DNA from: an uncultured Alphaproteobacteria bacterium
GTDB lineage: Bacteria > Pseudomonadota > Alphaproteobacteria > Rs-D84
NCBI GenBank assembly: GCA_905233975.1
Contig: CAJOGD010000005.1
Coordinates: 10,362-74,361, forward strand
DNA: 64,000 nt
Reading direction: 5' to 3'
Each line of letters starts with the position of its first letter. The first letter of the stretch is position 1. The position numbers and the translations under genes are program-made. The notes below the pieces were generated by a model that searched no databases, was not told the origin of the DNA, and saw only the letters and a program-made list of their open reading frames with translations. This document shows positions 1 through 9,148 of this stretch, piece by piece.

Positions 1-15
1 TTGCCGCCTTCACGA

Positions 16-1078
<1,063 letters not shown>

Positions 1079-1135
1079 AAATTTTTCACCATACCGCCAA
1101 CAACTGGTTATTTTTTGCCATTATAACTTAAAAAC

Positions 1136-1163
1136 TTGCAATTTCCAGTATAAAGATTATAAT
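1136..1163 (+). promoter_or_regulatory. Sigma70-like promoter for tmRNA
   Basis: TTGCAA-16 nt-TATAAT directly upstream of the tmRNA acceptor piece. Confidence 0.65.
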
Positions 1164-1164
1164 T

Positions 1165-1480
1165 GGTCCGTCACGAAAGTGATGATGATTCTGAACCCGA
1201 TGCGGAATAGTCGTTTTGGACCCGGGGGCGGTACCCGGCACCTCCACCAATAAAACATATGGGGGTGTCATAGTTTCGACAGACGCAATAAAGGCATATG
1301 GCTGAATCCGACATGGTTGTCGTAAAAGACCAATAAAAATATGAATGCGAACGATAATCCTCGTCCGCTTGCAATGGCCGCCTAATAAAGGATTGGACAC
1401 CGTTGGCGATTGTTGACTGTGTCTGTTTTGGCTTTTTGCGGGGTTCGCCCGGGTACCTGGCACCAGAAACCCGGCATTTA
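1165..1480 (+). ncRNA. ssrA: Circularly permuted two-piece tmRNA, tag ANDNPRPLAMAA
   Basis: T-arm and acceptor 3' end (ccgggggcggtacccggcacctccacca, CCA ends 1249) precede the 5' end GGGGGTGTCATAGTTTCGAC (1261); tag frame 1347-1385; outer boundaries approximate. Confidence 0.93.
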
Positions 1481-1511
1481 GTAAAACAAACAAGAAAAAA
1501 AGGGTAAAAAA

Positions 1512-1745
1512 ATGTTAGGAAAACTGAAAAAAGTGTTCTTTGGTGGTATATTCTGTGCATTGTATGTTTCGTTCTTGGCACAGTTTGTTTATGTGTTGGG
1601 CTGGATTTCCATGGATGAAGGCAAATTGGCATTCTTGGCCGTATTGTCACTTGAATGGTTGGTTTTGATTGCCGCACGCTATTTATCACGTCGCAGCGGC
1701 GTTGCCCAGCAGAAACCGGGATTTGGTGGTGGTCGTCGTCGTTAA
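1512..1745 (+). CDS. Small two-TM membrane protein
   Basis: 77 aa, two hydrophobic segments, AGGG upstream, followed by terminator. Confidence 0.65.
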   Translation: MLGKLKKVFFGGIFCALYVSFLAQFVYVLGWISMDEGKLAFLAVLSLEWLVLIAARYLSRRSGVAQQKPGFGGGRRR

Positions 1746-1765
1746 ACGCCTGCATCACACCATAT

Positions 1766-1795
1766 AAAAAGTTCCCGATTTTTCGGGAATTTTTT
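1766..1795. terminator. Intrinsic terminator hairpin
   Basis: aaaaa gttcccga tttt tcgggaat ttttt. Confidence 0.75.
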
Positions 1796-1840
1796 ATTAC
1801 CCTTGCAAACCGATAAAAATATCCTATACTTATAATCACT

Positions 1841-3598
1841 ATGAAAGAATATATTTTACCTTGTCGGGATTTGGTTGTGCACCCTGATATGACGGTGCCG
1901 CTTTATATTGATAACCCAATTTCCATTTCATGTATTGAAACGGCAACTGGCATGACCCAGCGGGTTGTGTTGGTTCCACAACACAGTGGTTCGTATCCCG
2001 CGGCGCCCGATGATATTTATGAATATGGAACCATTGGTGATATTGTTCAGATTTTGCGCATGCCGGACGGGTCTGTCCATTCAATCGTCCGCACCACAAA
2101 TGTTGTAAAGTTAAGTAATATAACGGTTGTTGATGGGGTTTTCTGTGCGGATACGGAAACCATTCCAATGGGCGACGATATTGCGGATGAACGCACAGTC
2201 CTTATGCGGGAAAATATTTTCGAAATTATTCAAAGCCTAACGACCTTTCGTAAGTTAAAGATTGATAAACTGCGTGGTGTGATTCAAAATTACCCAATGC
2301 CGGCGTTTATTGATTCCGTATTGCAAACAATGGATATTGATACGGATTCTGCAATTCGCGTGTTAACAACGCCGGGCTGGTATGACAAGATGGTCATGCT
2401 GTATGAAAAAATAAAACTTATCCAAGAAACGTCCAAAGTCGAAGATTCTATCAATCGACGCATCAGTCTTCAGATGGAACAAGGCCGGCGCGAGGCGATT
2501 TTGCAGGAAAAAATGCGTGCAATACAGAAAGAAATGGGCGAAGAGGACGGCGAAGATGATTCCATATCATTACGCAAAAAAATTGAAAAGTCCGCATTGC
2601 CGCGGGACGTCAAAGAAAAGGCCATGGCCGAATGGAAACGTATGCGCAATATGTCACCGATGTCAAACGAAGGCGGCCTTATTAAGACATATTTGGAAGA
2701 ATTACTTGCCATGCCATGGGATAAATCAGATACGCCGGCAATTGACCTGAACACCGCGCGTATGGTTTTGGACAGCGAACATTCCGGCATGCGCGGGGTC
2801 AAAGAACGTATTTTGGAACACATTGCCGTTATGAAGAAAACGGGTTCCACCAAGGGCAGTATTTTGTGCCTGGTTGGGGCACCCGGCGTGGGTAAAACGT
2901 CGCTTTGCAAATCTATTGCCGCGGCGCTTGGGCGGAAATACCACCGCATTTCACTTGGTGGCGTTTCGGACGAGGCGCATTTTAGGGGCCATCGCAAAAC
3001 CTATATCGGGGCGCAAACGGGGCGCATTATGGACGCGTTGAAACGTGCGCGGGTGAATAATCCGGTCATAGTTTTGGACGAAATCGATAAAATGGGACGC
3101 GATTGGCGCGGCGACCCGGAATCCGCACTTTTGGAAGTGTTGGACCCCGAACAGAACAAGGCCTTTCGCGATCATTACCTAGAGGTGGATTTTGATTTGT
3201 CGAACGTCCTGTTTATTGCGACCGCAAACAGTTTGAATATGTCAAGCGCACTGAAAGACCGCATGGAAATCATTGAAATTCCGGGATACAGCGAAGATGA
3301 CAAGGTGCAAATTGCGCGTGAACATTTAATCGCCCGCGCCGCCGCGGATACCGGTTGGTCGGTGGATAAAATAACAATTTCTGATGATGCAATTCGCCAT
3401 ATTATTCGGACATATACGGCCGAAGCGGGCGTGCGTCAGTTGCAGCGTGAAATTACCGCGCTGTTGCGTCGAACTCTGCTTGAAAACGATGGCGAAGACG
3501 CACCGACGGAGTTCACGACTGAAAAGATTGACGATTTATTGTCGTTGCATAAATCGGCCGGATTTTCAAAGCGTATTGGTTTCGGGGTCAGTATATAA
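1841..3598 (+). CDS. lon: Lon-like AAA+ ATPase lacking the C-terminal protease domain
   Basis: Lon N-domain, Walker A GAPGVGKT, pore loop GHRKTYIG, Walker B LDEIDK, LLEVLDPEQN, DRME, GVRQL; stops at 585 aa with KRIGFGVSI; no PKDGPSAG motif. Confidence 0.9.
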   Translation: MKEYILPCRDLVVHPDMTVPLYIDNPISISCIETATGMTQRVVLVPQHSGSYPAAPDDIYEYGTIGDIVQILRMPDGSVHSIVRTTNVVKLSNITVVDGVFCADTETIPMGDDIADERTVLMRENIFEIIQSLTTFRKLKIDKLRGVIQNYPMPAFIDSVLQTMDIDTDSAIRVLTTPGWYDKMVMLYEKIKLIQETSKVEDSINRRISLQMEQGRREAILQEKMRAIQKEMGEEDGEDDSISLRKKIEKSALPRDVKEKAMAEWKRMRNMSPMSNEGGLIKTYLEELLAMPWDKSDTPAIDLNTARMVLDSEHSGMRGVKERILEHIAVMKKTGSTKGSILCLVGAPGVGKTSLCKSIAAALGRKYHRISLGGVSDEAHFRGHRKTYIGAQTGRIMDALKRARVNNPVIVLDEIDKMGRDWRGDPESALLEVLDPEQNKAFRDHYLEVDFDLSNVLFIATANSLNMSSALKDRMEIIEIPGYSEDDKVQIAREHLIARAAADTGWSVDKITISDDAIRHIIRTYTAEAGVRQLQREITALLRRTLLENDGEDAPTEFTTEKIDDLLSLHKSAGFSKRIGFGVSI

Positions 3599-3610
3599 GG
3601 GGATTCGCGC

Positions 3611-4150
3611 ATGATATTGATTATAAACACTTCTGGCACCGGGTTGGAATTTGTTTTGGACGAACATTACAAATCTTTGAATTTGGAAAAGCAATCGATT
3701 GCCCTGCCCGCGGAAACGGAAAACTTTTTGTCCGAATGCGGCGCAACGTGGCGCGACATAACCGCAATTGGTGTTGTTGTCGGCCCGGGCAGTTTCACCG
3801 GAATCCGCATGGGAATCGCCTATGCCAAGGGGATTGCGATGGGGTTGAATATCCCCGTTGTTGGAATCAGCGCGTTTGATTTATATTTGGCTGCCACGCC
3901 CGATGCGTTTGTGGCGATTGATTCCGGTCGCGGCGATTTCTTTGTCGCGTCGCCCCAACATGCGCCATGCACCATGTCAATCGAACAGGTGGAATCCGAA
4001 CAAATGAAATGCCCGCGCACCGTTGGTCACAAACCCTTTGATTTAAAGTCGGGCGTTGACATAGTTCGTAAAAAATTGACGGACGGGAATATTGAACCGG
4101 TTGTGCCAATGTACCTGCGCCCAAGTTATGCCGAAGAAAATGCTAAATAA
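3611..4150 (+). CDS. tsaB: t6A biosynthesis protein TsaB
   Basis: MILIINTS start, GPGSFTGIRMG, P.YLR near C-terminus. Confidence 0.92.
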   Translation: MILIINTSGTGLEFVLDEHYKSLNLEKQSIALPAETENFLSECGATWRDITAIGVVVGPGSFTGIRMGIAYAKGIAMGLNIPVVGISAFDLYLAATPDAFVAIDSGRGDFFVASPQHAPCTMSIEQVESEQMKCPRTVGHKPFDLKSGVDIVRKKLTDGNIEPVVPMYLRPSYAEENAK

Positions 4151-4526
4151 ACTTGCCGAACTTCATAAACTTTGCTTTCCGCACAAGCCTTGGACGGCGG
4201 GCGATTTTGCCGACCTGAAAAAATCCGGCTGTGAAATCGTAGCATCTGAAAATGGATTTATCGTTTGGCGCACCGTCGCGGACGAGGCAGAGATTATAAC
4301 CGTCGGCGTTCACCCCGATGCACGCGGCGCGGGAATCGCGATTGCCATGTTGGGGCTTTTGGAATTTGAGGTTAAAAAGGCCGGTGCAAAAAAAATATTC
4401 CTGGAGGTATCGGCGGAAAACGCGCCCGCAATCGCACTTTATAAGAAATGCGGATTTATCCCAAACGGCCGCCGCCCGAAATACTATGACGGCATAGATG
4501 CAATTTTGATGCAAAAAGAAATCTAG
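4140..4526 (+). CDS. rimI: RimI-like GNAT N-acetyltransferase
   Basis: EAEIITVGVHP, RGAGIA, FLEVSAENAPAIALYKKCGF, RPKYY; ATG at 4140 overlaps tsaB end. Confidence 0.88.
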   Translation: MLNKLAELHKLCFPHKPWTAGDFADLKKSGCEIVASENGFIVWRTVADEAEIITVGVHPDARGAGIAIAMLGLLEFEVKKAGAKKIFLEVSAENAPAIALYKKCGFIPNGRRPKYYDGIDAILMQKEI

Positions 4527-5794
4527 TCCCCGTTCACAAATTCCAACACACGCGGATCGAATATAACATCGCGGGCCGACAATGGGCGCGCAATATGCAT
4601 ATCGCCGGCCGTCCGCGTGCGCGACAGCGCGACATAGGTCTGGCCATGTTCAAACGCGCCACGCGAAATATCAACAATTACGGCGTCCAGTGTTTTGCCC
4701 TGGGCCTTGTGTATCGTCATGGCATAGCCCAGCATTAGTGGAAACTGTTTGTACGCGCCGGTTTCGTTTTCGACGAGGCGGTCGTTTTCATCGCGCGTGT
4801 ATTCAATCTTTTGCCATTTTTCGGGCCGCACCAGAACGACATCGCGGTTCGGATTCAACAGTTCCACCGTAATATCGCGCGCGCCCAGGGCCCGCACCAC
4901 GCCCATCGACCCATTGTGCCATTTGTCGCCGTTTTTGACAAAGACCACCAACGCCCCGACCTTTAGTTCCAAATTCATCGGCGCCGGCACATCACGTTCG
5001 GCAAAGTTCCCCGACAATTGCCCCGCATATCGCACCAGTGGCGCACCAATCGCATTTAATCTTTCGGCGTTTATCCGTTCGGCAACCGCGCGAAAGGGCG
5101 TAATTATAACGGCATTGTCGCGACGCGCCGTATCATCAATTTTGCAAGTGTTAAAAAACGAAAGCGCGCCAACATCGCCCGCGCGTAACGCATTCAGGTT
5201 CGTTAGCAATCCCGTATCATTTTGCCGATATACCAAATCAAAATTAAACCGCATAAATTTTGCGCGCCGATACACATTGCTATCAAAGAAATACGCGCGT
5301 TCATGTTCGTACGCCTGTTTAAAATACGGGCCCGCGTCACGCGTTATGACCGGCGGCAATTGAAACAGGTCGCCAATCGCCACAACCTGAATCCCGCCGA
5401 ATGGTTCGTTGCTGCGCCGCGCAGATCGCGCCAAAACATCCATCGCGTCCATCACGTCGGGCGAAATCATCGATACTTCATCAAGGACCAAAATATCGGT
5501 TGCGGTTAAAATGTTGCGCACCCGCGCCTTTAGTTTCAAAAATTCCGGGAACACAAAGTCGCGTGGTTGAATTTGAAACAATGAATGTATCGTTTGCCCA
5601 CCGATGTTAAGTGCCGCCACCGCCGTCGGACATGCACAGATAACACGTTTCTTACTTGCGGATTTTAAGTAATTAACAAAAGTGGATTTTCCTGTTCCGG
5701 CACTGCCCAAAATTAACACATTTTGATTTGTGTTTTCAATGGTGTCAAAGGCGATTTTTTGTTCGTCACTTAAAATTTTAACGATTTCCGACAT
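4523..5794 (-). CDS. PIF1/RecD-like SF1B helicase
   Basis: GSAGTGKS, PTAVAA, TIHSLF, DEVSM, FGGIQV..GDLFQLPPV, QFPL.LGYAMTIHKAQG.TLD, YVALSR. Confidence 0.92.
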   Translation of the reverse strand: MSEIVKILSDEQKIAFDTIENTNQNVLILGSAGTGKSTFVNYLKSASKKRVICACPTAVAALNIGGQTIHSLFQIQPRDFVFPEFLKLKARVRNILTATDILVLDEVSMISPDVMDAMDVLARSARRSNEPFGGIQVVAIGDLFQLPPVITRDAGPYFKQAYEHERAYFFDSNVYRRAKFMRFNFDLVYRQNDTGLLTNLNALRAGDVGALSFFNTCKIDDTARRDNAVIITPFRAVAERINAERLNAIGAPLVRYAGQLSGNFAERDVPAPMNLELKVGALVVFVKNGDKWHNGSMGVVRALGARDITVELLNPNRDVVLVRPEKWQKIEYTRDENDRLVENETGAYKQFPLMLGYAMTIHKAQGKTLDAVIVDISRGAFEHGQTYVALSRTRTAGDMHIARPLSARDVIFDPRVLEFVNGD

Positions 5795-5886
5795 GCGCAC
5801 ATTTTGGCATAACGAATATCAAAAATAAAGGGAAAAAGACGGATTTATATTGTCTTTTTGGCACAGGTGTGATAAAATTCTCATAC

Positions 5887-7092
5887 ATGAGAGGGAATTT
5901 TTGCCACCGATTAACAAAGAAAGAATGGATAATAACCGCTTTTGCGGTATTTCATACTGTTTCTAATCTGTTTCTTGGAACATTTGTTGTGTCTTTTTTA
6001 ATGCATAACACAATCAATGAAATTGTGTCTATATCGACATATCGTTTTTTCGAAATCTTGGCGATATGTCTAACATTTGTTATAACGGCAAATTGGTGCA
6101 AAAACGGTAACAGAACGGTACTTTTCGGAATGAACATTGTCGCCCGGATTATTTTGATGGGTCTGATTGCCATACTTGGGTCGAATGCGGCGGGATGGCT
6201 TGTTGTGTTGGGGATTCTTTACGGTATTTTCGAAGGTTTTTATAATTTGCCGATGCACGCCATCACAATTGAAAATGTTTGTGCCAAAAGAATGGTATTC
6301 TTTGTCGGCACCAAAGAAGCGATAGTGCATACATTCAAAATCTTGGTGCCCGTCACATTGGGAACAATGCTGACCACTACATCGTTGCAAGGTGTCGCAT
6401 GGGCCATCATGGTTATGGCTGTTATGGAATTTTTTATGCTATTTTTATTGCCACCGTGCCGAAATCCAAAACACCAGCCAATAGATTTTATCGGTTTTTA
6501 TAATCACCTAAAGGGAACACCGGTGTTGCGTAAGATATTTCTTTCGGAATTGTTACGCGGTTTTGCATGGATATTGGAAACGGTCGTGGTTATGTATATT
6601 GTCGATGCGTTTCATACAGACATGAATCTTGGGATATGGTCAACGATTTTTGCAATCTGTACAATTGTGGCATCATGGGCATTTGGGCGTTTTTGTTCCA
6701 ATCGGGATTTCAGGTGGATTGTGTTATCTTGCTCTGTATTATTGGCGTTTTCGGCGGCCGCGTTGATAATCGGGGTAAACCGTTTTAGCATATTGCTTTA
6801 TTCTTTCGCCTATGCGGTCGGCATTGTCACCACAACTAAAATCTGTGGCACCAACATTTTAAATGTCGGGCAATCACGGTTCGTCACAAAAAATATCCGC
6901 ATAGAATACTTGGTTATGCGTGATGTTGTTTTGTTCTTTGGTCGTTGGGCGGGTTGCCTGTGTTTAATGTATATCGGCGCGTTCAATTTACATGGCGCCT
7001 TGCAGTATCTTATTGCAATATTATTCTTGTCACATATTTTGGCGTGCGTGATATCCGTAAGGCAAACAAGATACCTTAGTGGAAAGCGCTAG
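5887..7092 (+). CDS. MFS-like multi-pass transporter
   Basis: About 12 hydrophobic segments in two halves; start placed at the ATG after a TTGTCT-17-TAAAAT promoter. Confidence 0.75.
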   Translation: MRGNFCHRLTKKEWIITAFAVFHTVSNLFLGTFVVSFLMHNTINEIVSISTYRFFEILAICLTFVITANWCKNGNRTVLFGMNIVARIILMGLIAILGSNAAGWLVVLGILYGIFEGFYNLPMHAITIENVCAKRMVFFVGTKEAIVHTFKILVPVTLGTMLTTTSLQGVAWAIMVMAVMEFFMLFLLPPCRNPKHQPIDFIGFYNHLKGTPVLRKIFLSELLRGFAWILETVVVMYIVDAFHTDMNLGIWSTIFAICTIVASWAFGRFCSNRDFRWIVLSCSVLLAFSAAALIIGVNRFSILLYSFAYAVGIVTTTKICGTNILNVGQSRFVTKNIRIEYLVMRDVVLFFGRWAGCLCLMYIGAFNLHGALQYLIAILFLSHILACVISVRQTRYLSGKR

Positions 7093-7176
7093 TCTGTTAC
7101 GACCGCGGCGCGGCATACCGCGACGGGTGGTTAGTAGCATTTGGAATCGGCTTGTAATTGTGAGATTATTCAAAAA

Positions 7177-7214
7177 TTCACTAACCACTTACACTAATCA
7201 CTTACACTAATCAC
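7177..7214. repeat. Short tandem repeat array (CACTAA orientation)
   Basis: ttcactaaccacttacactaatcacttacactaatcac; inverted relative to 7450-7483. Confidence 0.75.
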
Positions 7215-7258
7215 TTTTTCACTTGTTTTTTATTTTCGTTTTCTGATATACTAATTTT

Positions 7259-7447
7259 GTCGGTGGGTGTTCCGCCGATGGGGATTCAAGACCCGATCAT
7301 AGGTTGTCCAAGGGACATAAAAAAACTCCAACCCGCACAGAGGTTGGAGGGATGCGAATAATGTAGGGCATTCGCCCATGCAAAATAAGCACGCAATCCC
7401 TATGAATTGTCTTGAACCTCCAACCACACGTTTTCGGTGGTGTTTTT
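7259..7447 (+). ncRNA. Putative structured 5' leader of fibre-family gene 1
   Basis: Follows TTGTTT-18-TATACT; 5' hairpin gtcggtgg/ccgccgat; long-range pairs ttcaagac/gtcttgaa and tcatagg/cctatga; ends in a hairpin plus T-run. Confidence 0.55.
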
Positions 7448-7449
7448 TG

Positions 7450-7483
7450 CTAGTGTTAGTGTAAGTGGCTAGTGGTTAGTGAA
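7450..7483. repeat. Short tandem repeat array (TAGTG orientation) before RBS
   Basis: ctagtgttagtgtaagtggctagtggttagtgaa. Confidence 0.75.
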
Positions 7484-7503
7484 AGAAAAAAGGGAGAGTC
7501 AAA

Positions 7504-8643
7504 ATGCAATTAAAAAAGTTTTTGTTATTCGGGTTGATGGCGGCGGTGTTGCCGGCGGTGGCCGAAGAAGCCGCGGACCGGAAAACAGCAACGTCGTTAA
7601 AATACGTCACACACGAATTGGAAACACGACAAAATAAATTTACCGCGGAACAAAACAAAGCCATGGAATACACAAATTCGGCCGGCATGGTGCAAAAACG
7701 CGCCGTCACATCGGATTTGGATAATGGCGGGACCGAATCGCTGCCCATGGTTGGTGGCGTTAATACAAAATTAAATCAAAAACAGGACGACATCGCCGCC
7801 GTCAACGATCACACTGCGGTCACATACACCGGAACGGCCGGGACAATCGGGGAAAAGGGTATTTACCAAACAACCGAATCGTATGCCGCCCAATCGGATA
7901 ACCTGATTGACGCGAAAACATTTAACGCCGCATTAAAGAACGGACTTGATAACGAATTCAAATGCAGGGATTATAAACCAGATACAGACCTTTGTTGGGT
8001 TTATTCGATTCATAATCCAACAACGGATAACACACTTTTGCCGCCCGGATATACCCCATTGGAATGGATTGAATCCGACGGGCATCAATATATTGATACG
8101 GGTTTAACATCTTTCAAAAACACAGATGTATTAAAAATGAAAATCCGGCCAACCAATGTGACCAGCACAACATTCCTTGCTTTTCAAAATCCAACCTCAG
8201 GCTTAGAACAGCAGGGTTTATTTTTGGCTGAATCTATGCTGAATTATCAATATGGGACGGCGCCCAGACTGAGAGCTCCGGTTGCCGTAAATACAGATTA
8301 TACAATAGAGGCAACCAATGGCAGACTGAAAGTCAACGAGACCACACGAACCGGCGAATTATATCCAGAATTCACAATAAATTATAACCTGCTTATTGGT
8401 ACGGCCGCGACCAGTAGCACACCGGAATCACGCATGTATTCTGGACGGATATATTATTTCCGATATGAAGATAAAAATGGCAATATACTGTTCAATGGCA
8501 TTCCCGCCAAGAACAGCGCCGACAAAGTTGGCGTGTACGATATGGTGTCGGGGCAATTCTTCCCGAGTATTCCGGCAAACACGAACTTCGCCGCCGGTCC
8601 AGAGTCAAATGATACTAACATTTATATTCCCCAGAATCAATAA
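7504..8643 (+). CDS. Secreted fibre/adhesin-like protein, paralog 1
   Basis: Signal peptide, TSLKYV...KQDD stalk, C..CWVY, LPPGYTPLEWIESDGHQYIDTG head, C-terminal YIPQNQ; RBS GGGAGAG. Confidence 0.85.
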   Translation: MQLKKFLLFGLMAAVLPAVAEEAADRKTATSLKYVTHELETRQNKFTAEQNKAMEYTNSAGMVQKRAVTSDLDNGGTESLPMVGGVNTKLNQKQDDIAAVNDHTAVTYTGTAGTIGEKGIYQTTESYAAQSDNLIDAKTFNAALKNGLDNEFKCRDYKPDTDLCWVYSIHNPTTDNTLLPPGYTPLEWIESDGHQYIDTGLTSFKNTDVLKMKIRPTNVTSTTFLAFQNPTSGLEQQGLFLAESMLNYQYGTAPRLRAPVAVNTDYTIEATNGRLKVNETTRTGELYPEFTINYNLLIGTAATSSTPESRMYSGRIYYFRYEDKNGNILFNGIPAKNSADKVGVYDMVSGQFFPSIPANTNFAAGPESNDTNIYIPQNQ

Positions 8644-8766
8644 CGTCATACCGCCGCAAGGCGGTATCTTCTTATTACCGCCGCGGGCCGAAACTCCCCT
8701 TTCCATTGGAAAGGGGAGTTTGCTCTCTACAGGCCTGGGGAGATACCGGCTTGCGCCGGTATGACG
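8644..8766. repeat. REP-like palindrome doublet
   Basis: cgtcataccgccgcaaggcggtatct ... agataccggcttgcgccggtatgacg, inverted pair. Confidence 0.85.
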
Positions 8767-8767
8767 A

Positions 8768-8796
8768 CACTAATCACCTACACTAACACTAACCAC
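8768..8796. repeat. Short tandem repeat array (CACTAA orientation)
   Basis: cactaatcacctacactaacactaaccac. Confidence 0.7.
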
Positions 8797-8842
8797 TTTT
8801 TTACTTGCAACGGGGAAAGAACTATGTAATAATGCGCGCGTT

Positions 8843-8919
8843 GGGTCATTAGCTCAGTTGGTTAGAGCGGAGCGCTCATAACGCTTTGGTCGTGGGTTCG
8901 AGTCCTACATGACCCACCA
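8843..8919 (+). tRNA. tRNA with CAT anticodon, probably tRNA-Ile2 (lysidine)
   Basis: Cloverleaf GGGTCAT...ATGACCC-ACCA, loop CTCATAA; paired G1-C72 excludes the initiator; resembles known Ile2 more than elongator Met. Confidence 0.9.
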
Positions 8920-8951
8920 TCTTGATTTCTCAATTATAATTGAAAAATCGT

Positions 8952-8981
8952 CCACGCCGTTTTCGAACGGCGTGGTTTTTT
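8952..8981 (+). terminator. Intrinsic terminator after tRNA
   Basis: ccacgccgtt ttcg aacggcgtgg tttttt. Confidence 0.85.
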
Positions 8982-8999
8982 GGTGCACTGGTAAAGGCC

Positions 9000-9044
9000 A
9001 ATTCTCTACAAGCCCGGGGAGATACCGGATTCCGCGGCATGACG
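9000..9044. repeat. REP-like element, direct copy of 8723-8766
   Basis: ctctacaagcccggggagataccggattccgcggcatgacg. Confidence 0.75.
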
Positions 9045-9148
9045 GAACTTTTTACAAGAAAATAAAAATTTAAGAAAAATTGCCGTTATTTTCTCTTGCC
9101 TTAAATTTTCGTTTTTTCTAACATGGAATTAAATGAAAGGGAGAAATT

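Noticed and set aside
1128..1839. Minus-strand ORFs of 121 and 222 aa
   Set aside because: Antisense shadows of tmRNA and the small membrane gene, with no protein-like motifs
3540..4150. Frameshifted or split Lon protease domain
   Set aside because: The DNA after the lon stop is an intact tsaB, and no listed ORF contains Lon peptidase motifs
8843..8919. CAT-anticodon tRNA as integration site for the giant gene
   Set aside because: I saw no duplicated tRNA 3' end downstream and no integrase nearby
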